From NCBI GenBank assembly GCA_044222475.1, contig JBGANF010000116.1, positions 1-25,206 of the forward strand: a DNA stretch of 25,206 nt. Reading direction: 5' to 3'. The position numbers and the translations under genes were made by a program. Origin of the DNA: Polyangiaceae bacterium. GTDB lineage: Bacteria; Myxococcota_A; Polyangia; Polyangiales; Polyangiaceae. A model generated the notes under the pieces. That model did not search any database and was not told the DNA's origin. It worked only from the letters and a program-made list of their open reading frames with translations. Below are positions 1-7,980 of the stretch, in pieces. Numbering within the stretch: position 1 is the first letter of the stretch; each line of letters begins with the position of its first letter.

Positions 1-59
1 TGCCCGTGCACGAAATCACCGCCGACAGCGGGCCGCTCGCGGACCCGCGTGCGCCCTCG

Positions 60-95
60 CCCGTTCACGGGCACGGGCACGTTCACGTCCACGGG
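60..95. repeat. Imperfect hexamer tandem repeat (CACGKN units)
   Basis: cccgtt cacggg cacggg cacgtt cacgtc cacggg, just downstream of the stop codon (102) of the REC-kinase gene. Confidence 0.8.
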
Positions 96-101
96 GCGCG
101 A

Positions 102-1190
102 TCAAAGCAGCAAGATGCGGAAACCCGCCCCCCCCAGCTTCGACGGCACCACCTCGAGCTTCCCGTCGTGGGCCTCGACGATCCACTTCGCGATCGCCAG
201 CCCCAGCCCCGAGCCGCCCTTCGTGCGCCCTTTGGTCCCCATCCGGTACCGCTCGAAGACCGTCTCCACGTCGGCCTGGGGGATGCCCGGCCCCCCGTCC
301 TCGACGACGATCTCCAGCCCCGTCTCGAGGACCTTCACCCGGAGCGAAACACCTTTGCCCTTGGGGGTGAACTTGATCGCGTTGGCGACCAGGTTGTCGA
401 TCGCCTGCCGGAGCTTGTTCGCATCCGCCACCAGCACCGCATCGAGCTCGCCGCTGACGTCGAATTGGACGCCCTTCTTCTCGGCGATGGGGACGAACGT
501 CCGCAGCGTCGGCTCGAGCACCGTCCGCACCGTCGTCTTCTTGCGCTCGACGCTGAAGTGCCCGCCCGCGAGCCGACTCGCGGTGAGCACTCCGTCGATC
601 AGCCGCGACATGTCCGCGACCTGCGCCCGCAACGTCGTCGAGATCTCGCGCACGTCCACCGACTCGAGCCGCTCCTCGGTGAGCAGATCGGCGACGAGCG
701 CGATCGAGCTCAGCGGGTGACGCAGGTCGTGCACGAGCATCGCGATGTGATCGCGGCGCTCGGTCTCGGACGCGCGGCGGTAGCGATACCGCTCGAGCGT
801 CCCTCGCACGCGCGCCGCGAGCTCGCGCCCTTCGATCGGCTTCGTGAAGTACGCGTCCGCGCCGGCGCGCAGCCCGCGCTCGATCGCGTCCGGATCGCGC
901 CGCGCCGCGGTCAGCATGATGACCGCCGGCCCACCGCCGATGCGCGCGCGCAGCTTCTCGAGCACCGCGTACCCGTCCATCCCCGGCATCGAGACGTCGA
1001 GGAGGACGAGCTCCGGCGCGCGCTCGTCGACCATGCGCAGCGCCTCCTCGCCCGACCGCGCCGCACGCACGCGGTGGCCGTCTTCGGTGAGCAGCTCGGT
1101 GTAGAGCGCACGCGCGTCGGCGAAATCGTCGACGACGAGGATGTCTCCGCCTCGCACGTCTTGGGACGGCGGCGGACGAGACGACGCCAT
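102..1190 (-). CDS. Hybrid response regulator-histidine kinase (REC-HisKA-HATPase_c)
   Basis: N-terminal receiver (ILVVDD, LLDVSMPGMDG, IMLTA, FTKP); H-box MLVHDLRHPL; N-box NLVANAIKF; G-boxes EDGGPGI and GSGLGLA. SD AAGGAGG lies 7 nt before ATG 1190 (GTG 1193 is the alternative); the start overlaps the upstream stop. Confidence 0.93.
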   Translation of the reverse strand: MASSRPPPSQDVRGGDILVVDDFADARALYTELLTEDGHRVRAARSGEEALRMVDERAPELVLLDVSMPGMDGYAVLEKLRARIGGGPAVIMLTAARRDPDAIERGLRAGADAYFTKPIEGRELAARVRGTLERYRYRRASETERRDHIAMLVHDLRHPLSSIALVADLLTEERLESVDVREISTTLRAQVADMSRLIDGVLTASRLAGGHFSVERKKTTVRTVLEPTLRTFVPIAEKKGVQFDVSGELDAVLVADANKLRQAIDNLVANAIKFTPKGKGVSLRVKVLETGLEIVVEDGGPGIPQADVETVFERYRMGTKGRTKGGSGLGLAIAKWIVEAHDGKLEVVPSKLGGAGFRILLL

Positions 1191-2746
1191 CACGCCACCT
1201 CCTTGTGGAGCGTCGACACGGCACCGCTCGTCGGCGGCGACGACTTCGGGAGCTCGACCGTGAACGTCGTCCCCTTGCCTTCGATCGAGCTCACCTCGAT
1301 GTCACCACCGAGCACGCGGGCGAGCCGCCGCGAGAGCGCGAGCCCCATCCCGGTGCCCGGGTAGCGCTTCCCGTCCCCCGCTTCGAGCTGGCGGAAGTCC
1401 TTGAAGAGCTCACCGAGCGCATGCTCGGGGATTCCCATCCCGGTATCGACCACCGCGATGCGAACGACGTCCTCTCCGTCTTCGAGCCGAATCGTCACCG
1501 AGCCCTTCTCGGTGAATTTCAGCGCGTTCGAGACGAGGTTCGAGACGACCTGCCGCACGCGCTGGCCGTCGGTCGCGATCTCGATCTTCTCGGGCCCTTC
1601 CACGGTGATGGTGATGTCCTTTCCCTCGCGCAAGCTGTCGAGCTCGCCGACCGACGATCGCACGATCGCGCCGAGGTCGACCGGCTCGACGCGGAGCTCG
1701 ATCTTGCCGGACTCGGCCTTGGCGAGATCGAGCACGTCGTTGATCAAGAGGAGCAGGTTCTCCCCGTTGCGCTTGATGCGCTCGAGCGACTCGCGGGCGC
1801 GCGGGCTCAGGTTTTCGCGCGGAGACGCGAGCAGGAGATCCGCGAAGCCGAGGATCGCGACGAGCGGCGTGCGGAACTCGTGGCTCATCGCCGCGAGGAA
1901 CTCGGTCTTCACGCGGTTCGCGCGCGACAGCTCGACGAGCGCGCGCTCGCGCTCCTCGAGGGTGCTCCGCAGGCGAGCCTCCTTCTCCGCCAGCGTCTGC
2001 GCCATCCTGCCGAGGTGAACGCCGATCGCACCGAGCTCGTCGTTGCGGTGCGGAAGACCGACGATCGGCTCGTGGCGTCCCGCGCGGTCGATCGCATCCT
2101 GGATCCGCGCGGCGGCGCCGCCGATGTCGCGCGCGATCCAGAGCCCGGTCGCGAGCGCGAGGACCGAGCCGAAGATGAGGATGTACGCGGTCTCTTGGCG
2201 CTCGGCATCGACGGACTCGAACGCGTCGTCCTTGCGTTGCTTGGCCACGGTGAGGGTGTCGTTGCGGAGACCGGTGAGGATGCTGCGGATCGCATCCATC
2301 TTCGCCTTGCCTTCGGCGGTCATCGCCGGAGCGATCACCTCGCCGCGCTCGCGCGCTTCGATCTGCGGCTCGGAGATGACGTCGATCCACTCGTGGGCGA
2401 TGCGCTGCACGTCACGGAGCTTCGCCGCTTCGGGCTCGTCGGCGGCGGCGATGGCTTCGGCGACGACGTCGTCGAGGTCCTTGCGCGCTTTGTCGTAGGG
2501 CTCGAGGAACGCGCGGTCGCCGGTGAGCAGGAACCCGCGCTTGCCGGTCTCGAGGTCGGCCGCGATGCGGAGGAGCACCTCGGTGTCGTCGGCGAGCTTC
2601 AGGTCGTGCGATACGAGGCGTTCGAGCTGGGCGTCGGTGCGTTCGTCGGCTTTCGTCGCGCGATAGAGCCCGCCGCCGAGAACGGCGACGACGGCCAGAG
2701 TCGAGAGCAGGATGCGCCAGAAAAGGGCGCTTCGAAGGATGCGCAC
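1190..2746 (-). CDS. Membrane sensor histidine kinase, CHASE3-(HAMP-like)-HisKA-HATPase_c
   Basis: Two TM segments flank a CHASE3 signature (ETGKRGFLLTGDRAFLEPY, GKAKMDAIR); H-box AMSHEFRTPL, NLVSNALKF, DTGMGI, GTGMGLA. Start uncertain (GTG 2746 or ATG 2794); the track's TTG 2887 start reads through a repeat. Confidence 0.92.
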   Translation of the reverse strand: MRILRSALFWRILLSTLAVVAVLGGGLYRATKADERTDAQLERLVSHDLKLADDTEVLLRIAADLETGKRGFLLTGDRAFLEPYDKARKDLDDVVAEAIAAADEPEAAKLRDVQRIAHEWIDVISEPQIEARERGEVIAPAMTAEGKAKMDAIRSILTGLRNDTLTVAKQRKDDAFESVDAERQETAYILIFGSVLALATGLWIARDIGGAAARIQDAIDRAGRHEPIVGLPHRNDELGAIGVHLGRMAQTLAEKEARLRSTLEERERALVELSRANRVKTEFLAAMSHEFRTPLVAILGFADLLLASPRENLSPRARESLERIKRNGENLLLLINDVLDLAKAESGKIELRVEPVDLGAIVRSSVGELDSLREGKDITITVEGPEKIEIATDGQRVRQVVSNLVSNALKFTEKGSVTIRLEDGEDVVRIAVVDTGMGIPEHALGELFKDFRQLEAGDGKRYPGTGMGLALSRRLARVLGGDIEVSSIEGKGTTFTVELPKSSPPTSGAVSTLHKEVA

Positions 2747-2832
2747 GGTCGGAAGGATTGTGGCACGAAACGGGGCCGGTAGCGTGAAGGCCATCCTGGT
2801 AGCACGCCCTCGTGCCGAGACTTCGAGGTCAA

Positions 2833-2933
2833 CGCTCGGGAGTGGGAGTGGGAGCGGGAGCGGGAACGGGAGGGGAAGCCGCGTCAAGTCGCGATTGTCC
2901 TCCCGCTCCCCCTCCCCCTCCCGCTCCCGAGCG
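2833..2933. repeat. Inverted pair of GGGAGN hexamer arrays (long imperfect hairpin; G-quadruplex motif on each strand)
   Basis: Left arm cgctc-gggagt-gggagt-gggagc-gggagc-gggaac-gggagg; reverse complement of the right arm (2899-2933) is cgctc-gggagc-gggagg-gggagg-gggagc-gggagg. Confidence 0.88.
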
Positions 2934-2986
2934 ACAGCCTGACCAGCCGGCGAGAGGGCAGCAACCTGACACCACGCTCTCCGCAG

Positions 2987-4174
2987 CTACGCGGGCGTCG
3001 TTCTTCCCACGTAGGCCCCCGCACACGCGAGCCCGAACGCGATCGGCGCGAGGGCTACCGCGAAGACCAGCACGACCGGCGCCGCGAAGCCGAGCAGCAC
3101 CAACGTCAGCGTGATCGCGAGCGCGCTCGCCGCGGCCGGCTCCGCGATCGTGCTGACCGCGGCCGCTCGCGCGACCAGGTAGCCGCTCAGCGGGAACGCC
3201 GCCAGGATCCCGGCGCCGAGCAGCGCGACCGGGGCCGTCGTCGAGACGTCGTGCTCGTCGACCACCGCGAAGTCGACGTTGGCCACGTGGCCGAGCACGA
3301 CCGACGCGGTGATGCCGAGGATCATCGCGCCGAACGTCACGAACGTGCCGATCAAGACCCAGCGGATCATGAGCGGCCGCTCGCGGCGGCGCAGCGCCTC
3401 GCGGAACGCCTTCAGCGTCGGCGGTTTCGCCAGCGCGTCGAGGCTCCCGCGCGCCATGCGCGAGAGGCGCGCGCCGAGCCGCGGGTCGTCGGGGTCGGCC
3501 TCGGTCTTGGCGCGGATGAGGTCGCGACCGACGAAGTACGTGATGCCCCCCATCGCCAAGAGCAACGGCGCAGCCACGAGCATCGCGCCCGGCCCGCGGC
3601 CGTACACGAAGTGGGTGTAGAACCCGTGACCGAGCACGGCGACGACGAACAGCACGGGGAAGTACGCGTTCGGCGTTCGGAGCTGCTTCGCGCGGCCGAG
3701 CGCCCATCCCCACAGGCACGCGAAGAACACGTGCGCGGGGAGCGCGAGCAGCGTGCGCGCGATCCACACGAAGCCCTCGGGGTGCGCGCGCAGGATGAAC
3801 GCATTGTCGAGCGAGGCGAACCCGAGCGCGGCCGAGCTCGCGTAGACGACGCCGTCGTACGGCTCGTCGAAGTACTTGGAGCGGAACGCGGCCCAGCACG
3901 CGGCCACCTTCATCGCCTCGCGCATCGGCGCGACGAGCGCGAAGAGAAAGAGGAGCGCCCCGACCTGCCCGGCGACGTTCGTCTGCACGTCGAGCCCGGT
4001 GAACGCGGCGGCCTTCGCCTCGATGAAGAACGACGCCGCACCGAAGCCGGCGCCGAGCGCGTAGGTGCCGAGCACCATCCAGATCGGCTCGCGCTCGCGG
4101 TCCGAACGCCAGACCACCACCAGCGCGAGCAGCGCGGGGAGGACGGCGGGGAGCAGCCAGCGGAGGATCACCAT
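2987..4174 (-). CDS. PrsW-family intramembrane glutamic/metalloprotease-like protein with a C-terminal membrane extension
   Basis: Polytopic membrane protein with PrsW hallmarks DREREP, FDEPYDGVVYA, ALGFA, HVFFACLWG and a distal HxxY; catalytic motifs are divergent. Start ATG 4174 or GTG 4171. Confidence 0.85.
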   Translation of the reverse strand: MVILRWLLPAVLPALLALVVVWRSDREREPIWMVLGTYALGAGFGAASFFIEAKAAAFTGLDVQTNVAGQVGALLFLFALVAPMREAMKVAACWAAFRSKYFDEPYDGVVYASSAALGFASLDNAFILRAHPEGFVWIARTLLALPAHVFFACLWGWALGRAKQLRTPNAYFPVLFVVAVLGHGFYTHFVYGRGPGAMLVAAPLLLAMGGITYFVGRDLIRAKTEADPDDPRLGARLSRMARGSLDALAKPPTLKAFREALRRRERPLMIRWVLIGTFVTFGAMILGITASVVLGHVANVDFAVVDEHDVSTTAPVALLGAGILAAFPLSGYLVARAAAVSTIAEPAAASALAITLTLVLLGFAAPVVLVFAVALAPIAFGLACAGAYVGRTTPA

Positions 4175-4215
4175 CGGAGTCTAGCCATCCCTCTCGCGGA
4201 GGGCGAAATAGCGGC

Positions 4216-4437
4216 CTACGGGGCGGAATCCTTGTCGACACGGCGCGAGTCGCCGGTGGAGCTCCCGCTCGCCGACGCGCTCGCGGAGGCGTAGATCGGT
4301 GCGATCGCGGCCACTGTCGCCGCCGGGGTCATCGTCGGTCCGTTGGGGCCGCTCGGTGCCGGCTTCGTCCCATCTTGGGACGAGGTCGGCGTGCAGGCCA
4401 TCACGAATGCGAGCGGCAACGCCACGGCCGCGCGCAT
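4216..4437 (-). CDS. Small low-complexity lipoprotein (hypothetical)
   Basis: 73 aa with a signal peptide ending in lipobox-like VMAC and a P/S/A/T-rich body; ATG 1 nt after the upstream stop. Confidence 0.65.
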   Translation of the reverse strand: MRAAVALPLAFVMACTPTSSQDGTKPAPSGPNGPTMTPAATVAAIAPIYASASASASGSSTGDSRRVDKDSAP

Positions 4438-4438
4438 G

Positions 4439-5341
4439 TCAGAAGTGGAGCCCCGCGTGGACGGACGCGAGCGCTCCGAGGCCGGCGGTGTCGCCGCTGC
4501 TCTCGTAGAGAGGGTTGCCGGCGACGGCCGACACCGGCACGCCCGCCGGCAACGGGAGCGGCGGACGGTGGAGGTAGATGAACTCGATCGTGGCGTCGAG
4601 GCCGAGCGAGAAGAAGCTCGCGAGGTAGTAGTCGACGCCGAAGTTGATGCCGACGTTGAAGCCCTTCACGTCGAGCTGATCGATCGACGAGCCGGTGACG
4701 AGGCCCGAGACGCTGCTGTCGCCGAGCTTGCCGATCGCGGAGTAGCCGCCGTGGACGCCGAAGTACGGATCCCACGAGCCGACGGGCACGTGGAAGCCGG
4801 CGACCAGGTTGAGCTGCCACAGGTTGAACGCGGGGCTCAGGTTGTAGCGAAAGCGCGCGCCGAGGGTGAAGAACAGCAGGCGGATTCCGGCGGCGACGCC
4901 GACCACGCCGCCAGCGTGGTTGGTGCGCGTGAGGCTGAGATCCTGGCTGAACGCGCCGAGCGCGTAGTAGCTGAAGCCGGCCTCGGCTTGGGCCCACACC
5001 CACTCGAGGCCGCGCTTGTCGTCCTTCTTGTCGGCGTCGTCGAGGCGCTGCGCGGTGCTCGGCTGCGAGGGCGCGGTCGCGGTAGGCGAGCCGGGCGCGG
5101 TGGACGCGATCGGCGGAGGCGGCGCGAGCGTCGGCGGCGGCTGCGGCGGCGGCTGGTACGGCTGCGGCGGGGGTTGGTACGGCTGCGGCGGAGGCGGCTG
5201 TTGGGGCGGCGGTTGGTACGGCTGGGGCGGAGGCTGCGGCGGGGGCGCGTTGGGGTCCCCTTGGGCCAGCGCGAGGGACGGAACCGCCAACGACGCGAGT
5301 GGCGCCGCGACGGCGAGCGCCAGAAGGAAGAATTTTCTCAT
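4439..5341 (-). CDS. Outer-membrane beta-barrel protein (OmpA/OmpW-like small barrel) with a Pro/Gln-rich N-terminal region
   Basis: Sec signal (MRKFFLLALAV...ALA), QPYQPPP repeats, amphipathic beta-strands (PYFGVHGGYS, FNVGINFGVDYY) and C-terminal aromatic HAGLHF. Confidence 0.8.
   Translation of the reverse strand: MRKFFLLALAVAAPLASLAVPSLALAQGDPNAPPPQPPPQPYQPPPQQPPPPQPYQPPPQPYQPPPQPPPTLAPPPPIASTAPGSPTATAPSQPSTAQRLDDADKKDDKRGLEWVWAQAEAGFSYYALGAFSQDLSLTRTNHAGGVVGVAAGIRLLFFTLGARFRYNLSPAFNLWQLNLVAGFHVPVGSWDPYFGVHGGYSAIGKLGDSSVSGLVTGSSIDQLDVKGFNVGINFGVDYYLASFFSLGLDATIEFIYLHRPPLPLPAGVPVSAVAGNPLYESSGDTAGLGALASVHAGLHF
5135..5246 (-). repeat. Coding repeat encoding PPQPYQPPP-type units
   Basis: Three copies of (gg)ytggtacggctg on + plus ggc/ggctgc runs, translating to QPPPQPYQPPPQQPPPPQPYQPPPQPYQPPPQPPP; boundaries approximate. 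Confidence 0.8.
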
Positions 5342-5532
5342 GCGCGATCGTGCTCCTCGAGGTCTATCCCGGCCGGGGACGAATCAGAGGGTTCGACGGG
5401 GATACGGTACTCTTCGTTCAACCACTTCCCGAGATCGATCTGGCGGCAGCGCGCACAGCAGAACGGAAATGCGGTGTTTTCGGCAAGAGGAGCCGCGGTT
5501 TTGCGGCAGGTGGGACATGTCGCATTCACCAC
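5338..5532 (-). CDS. yacG: DNA gyrase inhibitor YacG (zinc finger)
   Basis: CPTC...FPFCCARCRQIDLGKWLNEEYRIP matches the YacG consensus CPxC..PFCSxRCxxIDLGxWxxExYxIP; start GTG 5532 or 5529. Confidence 0.95.
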   Translation of the reverse strand: MVNATCPTCRKTAAPLAENTAFPFCCARCRQIDLGKWLNEEYRIPVEPSDSSPAGIDLEEHDRA

Positions 5533-5566
5533 TCTAGAGTAGCAGAGGGCGTCGCCCAGAGCACTC

Positions 5567-7894
5567 TCAGGCGGTGGCGGCGGCGGGCTCTTCCGTCTTC
5601 TCGGGAGGGGGCGGCGGCGGCGGCTCTTCGGCCTTGGGCTTCTCCACCACGGAGCAGCTCTGCTCGAGGATCTCGGCGACGTCGAGCTGCTTCACCTCGG
5701 TCTCGAGCTCTTGGCTCTTGATGCCGTCGGTGATCATGACCGCGCAGAATGGGCAGCCGCTCGCGACCGTCTTCGCGCCGGTGTCAACGAGCTGGAGCGT
5801 GCGCTTCACGTTCACGCGGTTCGTGTTCTGCTCCTCCATGAACATCTGCGCGCCACCGGCGCCGCAGCAGAGGCCGCGCTGGCGGTTCCAGTACTCGGCC
5901 TCGACGAGCTCGACGCCGGGGATGCGCTTCAGGATCTCGCGCGGCGACTCGTACACGTCGTTGTAGCGGCCGAGGTAGCAGCTGTCGTGATAGACGACCT
6001 TGCCTTCGGCCGCGTTGACCGGCGTGAGCTTTCCTTCGGCGAGGAGGCCGAGGAGGAAGTCGGTGTGGTGCACGACCTCGAGCTTCGCGCCGAGGTCGGG
6101 GTACTCGTTCTTGAGCGTGTTGAAGCAGTGCGGGCAGGCGGTGACGACGGTCTTCATGCCGCCCTGCTCCTTGTAGCCGTTGAGCGTGGCGACGTTGCCC
6201 TCGGCGAGCATCATGAAGAGCATCTCGTTGCCGGCGCGGCGCGCTGGATCACCGGTGCAGTTCTCCTCTTGGGCGAGGATCGCGAAGTCGACCTTGGCCA
6301 TCTTGAGGAGCTTCGCCGTCGCGCGCGCGACCTTCTTCGCGCGGTCGTCGTAGCTGGCGGCGCAGCCGACCCAGTAAAGGACCTCGGCCTTGGGGTTGTC
6401 GGCGAAGGTCGGGATCTCGAGGCCGTCGCTCCACGCCGCGCGGTCCATGCGCGAGAGGTTCCAAGGGTTGCCGTTCGTCTCCATCCCTTGGAACGGCTTC
6501 TGGAGCTGATGCGGGAACTCGTTGCGCACCATCATGAGGTTGCGCCGGATGTCGACGATCTTGTCGACGTACGAGATCATGACGGGGCACTGCTCTTCGC
6601 AGGCGCGGCACGTCGTGCACGCCCAGAGGACGTCGGGGTGGATGACGTCGGGCGAGAGGTTGATCGGCTGGAGCTTCTCGATCGCGATCGGCTTCGCTTC
6701 GTCCGCCTTGGCCTCTTCGCCTTCTTTCGCCTCGGCCTTCGGTGCATCCTTCGGGGCGTCTTTGGCGGCGGCCTCGGCGGCGATGACCTCGAGCTCGCGC
6801 GAGTAGAGGTGGTTGCGAAGATCGAGCGTGAGGTGCTTGGGGCTCAGGATCTTGTCGGTGCGGTGCGCCGGGCAGTTGTCGGAGCAGCGTCCGCACTCGG
6901 TGCACGTGTAGAAGTCGAGGATCGACTTCCAGGTGAGGTGCTCGATGCGGGCGACGCCGAGACCGGCGACGGCGTAGGGGTCCGGCGCCTCGGCGGCGGC
7001 CCCGATCTTCTCCATGAGCTTCTCGGCGGTGTCGGCGAGCGGGCGGAGGCGACCCGGCGGGTTCAGGTCCTTGAAGAAGACGTTCGGGATGCCGGTGATG
7101 ACGTGGAAGTGCTTCGAGTGCGGGAGCAGGTTCAAGAAGAGGAGGACGAGCGACGAGTGCGTCCAGAACCCGATCTGCGCGATCAGGAGGAGCGTCCCGG
7201 GTCCGAGGTTCTTGAAGAGCACCGCGAGGAGCGACGCACCCGGCGCCGGGAACGGCGACCAGGCGATCGCGTCGACGCCTTCGACGTGATGATCGCCGAG
7301 GGGCGCGATGACGAGATCGAGCCGAGCGCACTGGGCGGCGGTCGCGATCGACGACGCGCCGGCGCCGCACATCTCGACCTTGCGGGCCGCGAGGACCTGC
7401 ATGGCGCCGTTGTACGAAAGGTCGGCCGCCATCATCGTGAAGATGATGCCGAGGATCAGAATGGCCTCGAGGCTCTTCGTCGTCCGCTTCAGCGGATTGA
7501 TGACGCGGTAGTAGAAGAAGACCGCGACGCCGCCCATGACGAGGATCGCGATCGAGTCCTTGGCGAACTCGTAGATCCGGCCGACGACGGACCACGGCGT
7601 GAAGATGAACAGGTTGAACGACGGGACGAACCCACGACCCCAGAGGATGATCGTGTTCGCCAGGAGGACCATGAACCCGGTGAAGATCAGCTTGTGAGCG
7701 ATCCCGGCGGGTTGGTAGTAGTCCATCTTCTCTTGCGCGAAGGCGTACCGCCACACGATGCGGAGGCGTTCGCCGATCCGATCGAAGCGGTTCTCCGGAG
7801 CCCCCGCGCGAAGAAGTTTCCAACGGCGCATCGCGGACCAGCCGAACACGGCGTGGGCGACGACGATCAGCGCGAGCATGGCCAGGGGGCTCAT
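5567..7894 (-). CDS. Membrane-bound Fe-S oxidoreductase, FadF/HdrD/GlpC-like
   Basis: N-terminal multi-TM domain with conserved His (AHKLIFTGF, FWTH, SKHFH); two 4Fe-4S motifs (CTECGRCSDNCP, CTTCRACEEQCP); two CCG-type domains (WVGC..ENCTG..TACPHC; YHDSCYLGR..CCGAGG..SGCPFC). Confidence 0.93.
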   Translation of the reverse strand: MSPLAMLALIVVAHAVFGWSAMRRWKLLRAGAPENRFDRIGERLRIVWRYAFAQEKMDYYQPAGIAHKLIFTGFMVLLANTIILWGRGFVPSFNLFIFTPWSVVGRIYEFAKDSIAILVMGGVAVFFYYRVINPLKRTTKSLEAILILGIIFTMMAADLSYNGAMQVLAARKVEMCGAGASSIATAAQCARLDLVIAPLGDHHVEGVDAIAWSPFPAPGASLLAVLFKNLGPGTLLLIAQIGFWTHSSLVLLFLNLLPHSKHFHVITGIPNVFFKDLNPPGRLRPLADTAEKLMEKIGAAAEAPDPYAVAGLGVARIEHLTWKSILDFYTCTECGRCSDNCPAHRTDKILSPKHLTLDLRNHLYSRELEVIAAEAAAKDAPKDAPKAEAKEGEEAKADEAKPIAIEKLQPINLSPDVIHPDVLWACTTCRACEEQCPVMISYVDKIVDIRRNLMMVRNEFPHQLQKPFQGMETNGNPWNLSRMDRAAWSDGLEIPTFADNPKAEVLYWVGCAASYDDRAKKVARATAKLLKMAKVDFAILAQEENCTGDPARRAGNEMLFMMLAEGNVATLNGYKEQGGMKTVVTACPHCFNTLKNEYPDLGAKLEVVHHTDFLLGLLAEGKLTPVNAAEGKVVYHDSCYLGRYNDVYESPREILKRIPGVELVEAEYWNRQRGLCCGAGGAQMFMEEQNTNRVNVKRTLQLVDTGAKTVASGCPFCAVMITDGIKSQELETEVKQLDVAEILEQSCSVVEKPKAEEPPPPPPPEKTEEPAAATA

Positions 7895-7905
7895 CGGTAC
7901 CCGCT

Positions 7906-7933
7906 TTTATAGGGTCATGGCATGGCGCGTCAA
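7906..7933 (-). promoter_or_regulatory. Sigma70-type promoter for the Fe-S oxidoreductase gene
   Basis: - strand TTGACG (7933-7928), 16 nt spacer, TATAAA (7911-7906), 11 nt upstream of ATG 7894; no SD seen. Confidence 0.7.
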
Positions 7934-7942
7934 ACCTGGTCT

Positions 7943-7973
7943 CCCGACCCCGTCCCCCGGGGACGGGGTCGGG
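7943..7973. terminator. Perfect 15-bp inverted repeat (hairpin; possible terminator or REP-like element)
   Basis: CCCGACCCCGTCCCC-C-GGGGACGGGGTCGGG, 7 nt after the NmrA stop; no U-tract follows on the - strand, so function is uncertain. Confidence 0.55.
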
Positions 7974-7980
7974 GCAAAAG

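Noticed and set aside
2801..2817. Sigma-54-like site (CGGCAC...GTGCT on -) upstream of the kinase
   Set aside because: GG-to-GC spacing is 11 nt rather than the required 10; only a short GCACG-N4-CGTGC palindrome remains, too weak to call in GC-rich DNA
2795..2887. N-terminal LPLPFPLPLPLPLP extension of the CHASE3 kinase
   Set aside because: This is the translation of the intergenic hexamer repeat from a TTG with no SD, and is unlikely to be protein
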